Assembly (NCBI RefSeq): GCF_004010195.1
Contig: NC_057719.1
Location: forward strand, 89,843,562 to 89,888,817
From: Chiloscyllium plagiosum
Lineage: Eukaryota
Length of the DNA stretch: 45,256 bases
Direction of reading: 5' to 3'
Part shown: piece by piece, positions 9,723 to 18,605 of the stretch
Position numbering within the stretch: the stretch's first letter is position 1
Layout of the letters: every line of letters begins with the position of its first letter
Program-made: the position numbers and the translations under genes
Notes under the pieces: generated by a model
Database searches by the model: none
What the model was told of the DNA's origin: nothing
What the model saw: only the letters and a program-made list of their open reading frames with translations

Positions 9723-11520
9723 ATACGTGAATTGTGGGAAATACCTGCTAGCACACACAAAAAAAAACACAATCGGGCGAGATTAAATGAATGACCTTGA
9801 CAACAAAGAAGGCTTGTTTAGCCAAAAAGCTCCTGCTGAATTCTAGACCTGTTTTCATGTGAAACTGGGCTGTTGAAAATGAGCAGAGTCGATGCTTTTG
9901 TTTGTTCATCAGTAAAGAAGAGAATCTCTAACTCTGAAGATGATCAGGATTTCTTTTGGCTCGTGATTTGTGTGTTTTTGTTTAAAACAAATAAGACAGA
10001 CATTTGACTGATCTCCCTACATTACTGAGTGAATGGGGGACACAGGGATCTGATGTACTGTGGGCGATACCACTGAGCTAAATGGACTTGCCCTTACAAA
10101 GTGCAATCAATGGCTTTAAGTCAACTAGCTCCCTCCCTTCAGCAGGCAAAGTTGTCTTGACCTACTTTTGCCGTGCATATTACATCGAAGCTCCTGGCAA
10201 GTGGAAACGTGGTCTCCAGGCTCCACTTTACACCTCTTGCACCTGCAGTTCCAAGCTTTTGTGGCAATTAAGTTCACTGTGATACACTGAAGGAAGTGGA
10301 GTTTATATAAGAAAGAGAAGTTTTAATTTTTTGAAGGAAAAGGAAACTATGTTTGTCCATTCAGGGACTTGTACCTTTTTTTTGGTTTGAGTTTTTTTTT
10401 GGTCAGCTGACTTTCTTTTCTGCTGCTAAAGCATTTTGTTTCCATCGAATGAAGGAACCACATCATTAGGCATGTGTTCTGATGACAGAAATAGAATGAC
10501 ACCAGCGACCTTTTTGATCCTGTTAATTTGAAAGGAGTTCATCATTTGCATTGCAAAGGTATGTGTGCAAGACTTTTGTTTTTAATTCACTTTTAAACAA
10601 AAATTCTTAAGCAGAATTGCATGATTTGCAGTAATTGCTTTTTTGTCTTGTTGGCTTAACTCTTGTGGTCTGGGCAGGTTATGTATTCTATATTAAAACT
10701 GCAGATGTATTGTTTTGAAATTTATTAATGCAGCACATTTTGACCTGTAAGAAGACTCTCTAACACCATGCAGCCTTCTAAACAAACAGCTCTCCTCTAC
10801 CATTCCTCACCACAGAATTGCCTCGATGCCGGTGGTTACCATGCAAGCCATTTCCTGGAAGGAAGGCCAGAAATGAATTGTGACCATTTTCCCATGGAAT
10901 TTTGCCTCTTTAGCAACTCCGTTATGCGACTCAGACTCAGGAAGGCCCTGAGAATGTGCAGTATGAAGGATGACTTCATTGTGAATTAGATGTTTGTATT
11001 TATTAAACTGACAGATAAGCTGCTCTCTAGCTTTTTGGAGGGGAGGGGAATGTGTGGTAATATATTGAATAATTCATGTATTTGGAAATATTGAACTTTA
11101 CCCAAAAAATCCCGACTATTTTGTGTAAGTCTTATTTTTCTCTCTCAAAAAAATGCATCATTTTGAATGATGAATGTGTTGGCTAGTTTTACTGATGAAT
11201 TCTCTAAAAACTGAAATCAACTCTGCTCAATTTTGTTGTCAAAGCCATTTGTTTGAATCTCAGTAGGATTGCTGCAAGTGGATGTGGTAAGTGTCAGGTG
11301 TGTCTATCAGATGTCTGGAAGTCTAGTCATTACTTTCTATTTATTGATTAGTTTCACTGTAATTTGCTGTAACCCCTCTCCCCAACCCTTTGTGAAAAAG
11401 TATTGTCACCATCAAGTGGATGGTATTGTTTGTTGTACAATGTTAAATGTAAAAAAAATGTTCTTTATAAACTGGATTAAAATGCTGCTGAGCTTATAAA
11501 GTTTTTATTTGATAAAAAAA

Positions 11521-11526
11521 AATAAA
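11521..11526 (+). promoter_or_regulatory. Polyadenylation signal of the DPF3a isoform (3' UTR about 9723-11550)
   Basis: AATAAA followed ~25-70 nt later by GU/U-rich tracts (cgtgtggcattttt, ttggtgttttgtgcgt). Ends a repeat-free AT-rich stretch after the DPF3a stop. Confidence 0.65.
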
Positions 11527-11720
11527 CTGCATATTGGTCTCCCTTTGTCCATTTTACGTGTGGCATTTTTCCTTAATTTCTGACTTGGTGTTTTGTGCGT
11601 AGCTTGAATTTGCAATTAATGTTGGGTTGAATTTTTTTTTGCGTTTGATAATTTTATAGACCTGGTTAGTTATGTAGCTGCAGCATGTTATATAATAGCT
11701 GACAAACTTAATACTTAGTA

Positions 11721-11755
11721 GCCCTGCCCAGCAGCGAAAGGGTTAATGTTTAGTT
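11721..11755 (+). promoter_or_regulatory. Intronic box B of a long-range complementary pair
   Basis: CAGCGAAAGGGTTAA (11732-11746) is complementary to 9341-9355; GCCCTGC (11721-11727) pairs with GCAGGGT (9376-9382). Confidence 0.65.
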
Positions 11756-11828
11756 AAAAAGGTCTTAGTTGTTTTTCACGCGCTCTGTCCCATTTTGCCC
11801 CCCTGATCCCCCACATACCACCAACCAC

Positions 11829-11943
11829 TTCTTTCTCTCTCTGACTCTGTCTGTCTGTCTGTGTGTGCGTGTCTCTTTCTCTCTCTCTCTTCCCCCCCCG
11901 CCCCATTTTTTCTCTCCCCTCATCTCTGTTTGTATCTTTCTTG
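11829..11943 (+). repeat. CT/TG-rich low-complexity pyrimidine tract upstream of the DPF3b exon
   Basis: ctttctctctctgactctgtctgtctgtctgtgtgtgcgtgtctctttctctctctctctt... Confidence 0.8.
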
Positions 11944-11994
11944 CTGTGAATTAAGAAATGTATATAAACATCTCCTGTTTGTGCATTTCCTCAG

Positions 11995-12107
11995 GTCACC
12001 CCACCTGTTTACAGTTCACAATAAATATGACTGCAGCTGTGAAAACCTATCACTGGCAGTGCATAGAGTGCAAATCCTGTAGCTTGTGCGGGACTTCTGA
12101 AAATGAT
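11995..12107 (+). CDS. DPF3: DPF3b exon: end of PHD1 and start of PHD2
   Basis: Acceptor ttcctcag|gt and donor gat|gtaagt; 113 nt. Translates [38 protein letters not shown]. Confidence 0.95.
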
Positions 12108-13147
12108 GTAAGTTTTCTTTTTGTAACATCCTCTTGTGTAACCAAAGAATAAAATAATATTGTTTAAAATTGTTTATCTAGTTGCTGTTTGCACTCAAAG
12201 TAGCTATATCTTGTTTTATTGAATAAATAAGTGTCCTGGGTCTAAATCCCTGATCAATCTCAAAGGATGGTTGTGAATTGCCATATTCCGCTTTTAAAAA
12301 AGGGAGATTGGACACATGTTTGGGCAATATTTGCTACTGTGAACCCATCTTCCCAGATTAAAAGTGATCTTCAGTTTTCAGTGTATAAATATGGTTTTTA
12401 TTTATAAACTGTGCTGTACTGAGGAATCTCTGGCAACTGTCTCATAACTATAAGCTTTCCATTATTCTCAAATGATTCACTAGTGCTCCTTAAAAGACAA
12501 TGTCCTTGTCGCAAATTTTGGACCTGCTCAAATCCGTTAGCAAAGCATCATTCATCCTTAAGTGAAAACTCTGCTTTAACCTAGCCTATAGGGTATTTTA
12601 AAAGTTAGCACAAATGCGTAGTGAGATAGTGAAATGATTTTAAAGTGTTGAGGGCGGGGGGGGGGGGGGGGGTGGGGGCAGTGTGTTGTTGATTGGGATC
12701 AGCAAGGGAAAAGGGGAGATTGAGGAATCAGTACAATCCATGTATTGATAATGCTGTTTCTTCTTACCCCCATGTGCTCAGTGGTTTGGGGGAAGTCCCA
12801 GCAGAAAGATACACTGTGCACACTTTATTTGCTCTTTGTTATAACAGTTTGTTAACTATGCTTGCTTTTTTGAAAAACAGTACAAAGCTGTTCAAAAGGG
12901 TTTTAGTAAAGTCAACAGTTTAGCTGTTCTACATTTGTCAAGATAGGCTTGCCTATTTAATAGGACTCACTACTTTTGGAATGTAAACCACTCCGCCCAG
13001 GTGTATAAATAACATGCCATAAATCTGTGACGTTCATTATGAGTCAATATAAACCCTAAAATGTATACCAATATGTATTTGGAGGGCAAAATAAAATTTA
13101 TATGTCCTAAATGTTTCATCAAATAGTGTTGTTATTTCTCTTGTTTG

Positions 13148-14361
13148 AAACATAGAACGGTACAGTATAGGGACAGGTCCTTCAGCCTACGATGTTGTGC
13201 TAAACATGATGCCAAATTAAACCAATCCCTTCTGCCTGCCCTTTGGTCCATATCCCTCCATTCCTTACATATTTGTGTGCTTATCTAAATGTCCCTTAAA
13301 CACCCCAAACATATCTGCCTCCATCAATACTACTGGCAATGCATTCCCAACTCTTACCACTCTGTGTTTTAAAAAAAAAATGCCCCTCACATCTCCTTTG
13401 AACTTTTACCCCCTCAACTTAAATGTATGCCCCCTAGTATTAGACATTTCGACTCTGGGAAAAAGATTCTGACCATCAATCCTATCTATGCGTCTCATAA
13501 TGTTATAGACTTCCATTAAGTCTCCCCTCAGCCTGCACTGCTCCAGAGAAAATGAGTTTTTCTAGCTTCTCCTTATACTCATACCCTCTAATCCAGGCAG
13601 AGTCCTGGTAAAGTTCTCTTCACCTTCTCCAAAGCCTCCACATTCTTCCTGTAATGTGGTAACCAGAACTGAAGGCAATACTTCTGGTGTGGTGTAACTA
13701 AAGTCTTATAAAGCTGCAACATGACATGCTGATCCTTGTAATCAGTTCCCTGATCAATAAAGGCAAGTATGCAATTTTACCTTCTTTACCACCCTATCTA
13801 CTAGTGTGGCGACTTTCAGGGAGCTATGGACGTGAACCCAAAGATCCCTTAATGCTATTCAGGGTCCTTCCAATAAATGCATTCTTTTTCCTAAGATTTA
13901 ATCTCCCAAAGTACAGCGCCTCACACTTACCTGGATTAAACTCAATCTGCCATTTCTCCGCCCATATCTGCAATTCCTCTATATCTTGCTGTATCCTTTG
14001 TCAACCTTCTGTACTATCCATAATTGCATTGATCTTTGTATCATCTGAAAACTTACTAACCCACCCATCTACATTTTCATCCAAGTCATGTATATATGTT
14101 ACAAATGGCACTGGAGAACACCACTAGTCACAGACCTCCAGCCAGAAAAATACCCTTCCACCCTCTGTATTCTATGGGCAAGTCAATTCTGAATCTACCC
14201 AGCCAGGTCACCATGGATCCCATGCATCTTAATCTTCTTCGTGGGTCTACCATGAGGGACCTTGTCAAAAGCTTTACTAAAATCCATGTAGACAACAGCC
14301 CTACCTTTATTGATCACCTTTGTCACCACCTCAAACATTGCAATCAAGTTAATCATGACCT
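13148..14361 (-). mobile_element. CR1 LINE, degenerate ORF2 RT to 3' end
   Basis: [17 protein letters not shown] in the minus ORF 14195-14467; CR1 tail at 13148. Confidence 0.88.
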
Positions 14362-15200
14362 CTGGATGTAGGTTTGCTTGCTGAGCTGGAAGGTTCATTT
14401 CCAGATGTTTCATCACCCTACTAGGCAACATCTTCAGTGGGCCTTCGGGTGAAGCACTGTTCATCATTCGTGCTTTTTATTTATATGTTTGGGTTTCTTT
14501 GGGTTGGTGATGTTATTTCCTGTTCTTTTTCTCAAGGGTGGTAGATGGGATCTAACTCGATGTGTTTGTTGATAGTTCCGGCTGAAATGCCATTCTTCTA
14601 GGAATTCTCGTGCATGTCTCTGTTTGACTTGTCCTGGGATGGATGTGTTGTCCCAGTAGAAGTGGTGTCCTTCCTTATCTATATGTAAGGATACTAATGA
14701 GAGAGGATCATGTTGTTTTGTGTGTTGTTGATGTTCATGAACAAAATGACATGACCCTCTCTCATTAGTATCCTTACAATGAACATCAACAAGCCACAAA
14801 ACGGCATGGCCCTCTCTCACTAGTATCCTTACATATAGATAAGGAAGGACACCACTTCGACTGGGACAACACATCCATCCTAGGACAAGCCAAACCGAGA
14901 CATGTGCGAGAATTCCTAGAAGCATAGCATTCCAACAGGAACTCTATCAATAAGCACATTGAGTTAGACCCCCATCTACCACCCTTGAGAAAAATAACAG
15001 GAAATGACATCACCACAGGAAATGACATCACCAACCCAAACATATAAATAGAAAGCACGAATGATGAACAGTGCTTTGCCCGGAGGCCCACTGAAGATGT
15101 TACCTAGTAGGGTGATAAAATGTCTGGAAATGAACCTTCCAGCTCAGCGAGCAAACCTAAGTCCAGAACTGCAACCTGAGCTACAAATCTTCTCAAAAGA
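14362..15200. mobile_element. Penelope (Poseidon-type) 3' end in inverted arrangement, GIY-YIG C-terminus plus pLTR on both arms
   Basis: HDPLSLVSLHIDKEGHHF(D/Y)WDNTSI(L/P)GQ.K.RH.REFLE appears on both strands; arms about 14362-14730 (-) and 14745-15198 (+). Decayed hammerhead CTGAAGA-stem-GAAAC; CATGACCT duplicated at 14354-14361 and 15201-15208. Confidence 0.85.
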
Positions 15201-15312
15201 CATGACCTACTGTGCTGATTGTTTACAGTAAGTCATTACCAAAATAAAAGCATGTTTGAAATAGCTCTGACAAGAATTTTACTTAGAAGGTGTAAAATGG
15301 CACCCTAAAATA

Positions 15313-15533
15313 AAGGGTGACCACCGTATCCATGGGTCCAGTTACCGCAGTTTCACTTACCCGCAGTTTACTCTGGCCCGAACATTTTAAAGGGAATGTT
15401 TCAGAACCAGGGATCAGGAGGCTGCTGGAAAGTTACACTTCCATTTAAATGAATGGGTTCGCTCCTATCCACGGTTTCAAGCTTCCAGGGTAGGTCCTGG
15501 AACGTATCCCCCACGAGTACAGGGGGACTACTG
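15313..15533. mobile_element. Tigger/pogo-like non-autonomous DNA transposon (MITE)
   Basis: Right end reverse complement TA-CAGTAGTCCCCCTGTACTCGTGGGGGATACGTTCCAG resembles Tigger/MER2-type termini; the left end is degenerate. Confidence 0.55.
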
Positions 15534-15700
15534 TAATCATAGTGAAAACATTCACTCCACCTGATTTTATTAAGTTTGGTAACAGCATAGAGTACTTCAT
15601 TTTCATTTTTTTTTATCATGCAAAACCAAACAAGAATGTGTGTTTTCCCAGTTGATGTTCTTGAACATGCTGACAGTTTCACACTACCTTGCACTTCTAT

Positions 15701-16430
15701 GGAGAAAGTGAGAACTGCAGATGCTGGAGATCAGAATCAAAGAGTGTGGCACTGGAAAAGCACAGCAGGTCAGGGAGCTTCCAAGGAGCAGGAGAGTCGA
15801 CACTTCGGGCATAAGCCCTTCATCAGGAATCTGAGAGGAGGAGGGAGAGCTGAGAGATAAATGGGGGGAAGATGGGTTTAGCGGAATGGTAACTGGGAAG
15901 GTGATAGGTGGATGCAGGTGGGGGGTAATGGTGATAGTTTGGATCGGAGAGTGGACCAGATAGGTACGAAGGAAGATGGACAGGTCAAGAAGGCAGTGCC
16001 AAGTTGGAGGTTGGATCTGGGATAAGGTGGGGGGCGGGGAAATGAGGAAACTGGTGAAATCAACATTCCCACCATGTGGTTGGAGGGTCCCAAGGCAGAA
16101 GATGAGGTGTTCTTGGCATGTCTTTGGCGGAGTGGAAGGGGGAGTTGAAGTGGTTGACCACAGGGTGGGGTAAAAATAATGACTGCAGATGCTGAAAACC
16201 AGATTCTGGATTAGTGGTGCTGGAAGAGCACAGCAGTTCAGGCAGCATCCAAGGAGCTTCGAAATCGACGTTTCGGGCTCTTGCCCGAAACATCGATTTC
16301 GAAGCTCCTTGGATGCTGCCTGAATTGCTGTGCTCTTCCAGCACCACTAATCCACAGGGTGGGGTTGTTTGGTGCATATGCCCAGAAATGTTCCATGAGT
16401 TGGCGTGCTGTCTCCCCAAAGAAGAGGAGA
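15701..16430 (-). mobile_element. Penelope-like element 3' fragment (GIY-YIG C-terminus, 3' UTR, pLTR)
   Basis: Minus strand near 16045-16113 encodes EHLIFCLGTLQPHGGNVDFTSF; pLTR with attcCTGATGAAGGGCTTATGCCCGAAgtgtcg at about 15795-15830. Confidence 0.8.
16172..16354. mobile_element. Fold-back Penelope pLTR insertion with 72-bp arms and 14-bp TSD
   Basis: 16207-16278 and 16283-16354 are reverse complements with one mismatch; CCACAGGGTGGGGT at 16158-16171 and 16352-16365. Confidence 0.85.
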
Positions 16431-16753
16431 CTAGATCGAGAGCAGCGGACACAGTAGTTGAGGTGTTTGGAGGTGCAGGCTCAATAACTTTGTGTGACTG
16501 GTCAGATGAGCTGAAACAGTAAGTTTCGGCTCTGTTGTTGCCTGAGGAGATTGTCAGAGCTAAAGCTGGTGTGGTTACCTGGATCCTATAAAGTACATTT
16601 AAAGCAGGAATGGAAAAGCTGGCCAAACTGACTGACATGGCTGTCCCATGACCTGGAGCTGTTAAAAGTCAGAATTCAAGCCAACACTTCCACCTGTTGA
16701 GTTTCGCTTTATAATCTGCTATTTTGGGAGGTGGTTCAGAAAGCAAATACGTT

Positions 16754-17071
16754 TTAGATTAGATTAGGTTACTTACAGCGTGGATACAGGCCCTTCAGCC
16801 CAACAAGTCCACACCGACCCACCGAAGCGCAACCCACCCAGACCCATACCCCTACATTTACCCCTTCACTTGACACTACGGGCAATTTGGCATGGCCAAT
16901 TCACCTAACCTGCACATTTTTTGGATTGTGGGAGGAAACCAGAGCACCCAGAGGAAACCCAAGCAGACATTGGGAGAATGTGCAAACTCCACACAGACAG
17001 TTGCCTGAGGTGGGAGTTGAAGCCGGGTCTCTGGCGCTGTGAGGCAGCAGTGCTAACCACTGTGCCACTGT
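16754..17071 (-). mobile_element. HE1-like tRNA-derived V-SINE
   Basis: Reverse complement of the gtggcacagtggttagcactgctgcctcacagcgccag head, V-domain tgtggagtttgcacattctcc and (TCTAA)n tail. Confidence 0.9.
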
Positions 17072-17707
17072 TTTTGATAGTAAGAGGGTCTGAAGTGCAA
17101 GTCTCAAGTCCGTTTCCAAAGAAAGATACAAAAATTAAGTATCAGAAAATTTCTCAAAAATAGCCTTCAAAAGGCTTTGAATTTATCCTTCAAACAAGCC
17201 TAATAACCAGATCAGTAAGGATGAGCAAATGATGGCACTTCATTTGTCTATGCAAGTAAAACCTTCTAAAAACCTGTTAGATCCCATTAGAGAGATAAAG
17301 ATGCATGTGGTATAATAATGTCATTGAACGTTATCTGAATAATTCCACAGGATTAAGCTTCTTAATCTATTTTGTTTCAAAGGACTAAACAGCATGGACT
17401 ATCACACAATTTTTATTATTATTTCCAGTTGTTTAAAGACAGTAATCATTTCACAGTAATCTCTTTTCAGCCTATGGGTTATTTGAACAAAATTAAGGAA
17501 ATGGGAAATGATCATAGAGGTTAGTTTAAAGGTGCCTTTTTGTAGTGCAGCTTTCTGGTGAAAGTTGCATAGGTGAAAGAATATGGATTAAACCAGCTGT
17601 AAGAGGCAGAGAGAACATTCACTATGTTTACAAGCTGCGAAGTTGCAAAGCTGAAAGCAATTGGAGAGTTGAACTGAAATAACACAGGAATTACAAAATG
17701 TGGATAC

Positions 17708-18211
17708 AAAGGATGTGGATGCTTTGGAGACAGTGCAGAGGAGGTTCACCAAGATGCTGCCTGGGATGGAGGGCACTAGCTATGAGGAGAATTTGAGTAG
17801 ATTAGGATTATTTTCATTGGAAAGAAGGAGGTTGAGGGGGGGACCTGACTGAAGCCTACAAAATCATGAGAGGTGTAGACAGGGTGGATAGCAAGAAACT
17901 TTTTGCCAGAGTGGAGGACTCAATTACTAGGGGTCATGGGTTCAAATTGAGAGAGGAAAAATTTAGGGGAGATGTATGTGGAAAGTCGTTTATGCAGAGG
18001 TGGTGGGTGCCTGGAACGCGTTGCCAGTGGAGGTGGTGGGGGCGGGAACGATAGCATCATTTAACATTTGTCTAGACAGATACATGAATGGGCAGGGAGC
18101 AGAGGGATACAGATCTTTGTAAAATAGGCGGCAGATTTAGACAGAGGATCTGGATCGGTGCAGGCTTGGAGGGCCAAAGGGCCTGTTTCTGTGCTGTAAT
18201 GTTCTTTGTTC
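17708..18211 (+). mobile_element. CR1 LINE 3' fragment
   Basis: ORF2 end (KIMRGVDRVDSKKLF...TRGHGFKLR) and tail gggccaaagggcctgtttctgtgctgtaatgttct. Confidence 0.85.
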
Positions 18212-18269
18212 AATGTGAATTTTGAAGGCATTATGCCACATGGGGAGTTGTGGAATAGTAATAAGGTAA

Positions 18270-18545
18270 GGCATTCAGGTTATTGTCTCCATGTACTACT
18301 GAGAAAGCTCCGCACTGTCAGGGTGTCAACTTTCAGACAGGATGTCTAAACTCCCAAAGCATCCTTCATAGAGAAGTTGAGGGAGCTCTCTTTAGTCAGC
18401 AGTATTTATCCCTCAACTGCAGTACCTGTTGGTCGATGGAAGTTTCCTGTGTGCAACTGGCAATTGCATTTCCAATGTTATGGCAATTACAATACTTCAA
18501 ATGCATTAGTGGTCAGGAAGGCATTTTCAGATGTTCAGTGTTCCA
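18270..18545 (+). mobile_element. Ancient Deu-domain SINE remnant (SacSINE1/AmnSINE1-like)
   Basis: tactgagaaagctccgcactgtcagggtgtcaactttcagacaggatgtctaaac...tatttatccctcaac matches the recalled Deu consensus with many substitutions. Confidence 0.6.
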
Positions 18546-18605
18546 GAAGGAACAGGCAGGACAATTTCAGTATTAAAGTGATCTGGTCTGGTAGCTAAAG
18601 ATTGG

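Noticed and set aside
10503..10526. Partial alternative partner for box A (cagcga...gttaa)
   Set aside because: Only 6+5 bp separated by a large mismatch; compatible with chance.
12651..12678. Long G run (G-quadruplex potential)
   Set aside because: Simple homopolymer of unreliable length with no supporting context.
16060..16638. 192-aa ORF and overlapping 102-aa ORF with mirrored peptides
   Set aside because: Artefact of the fold-back pLTR palindrome.
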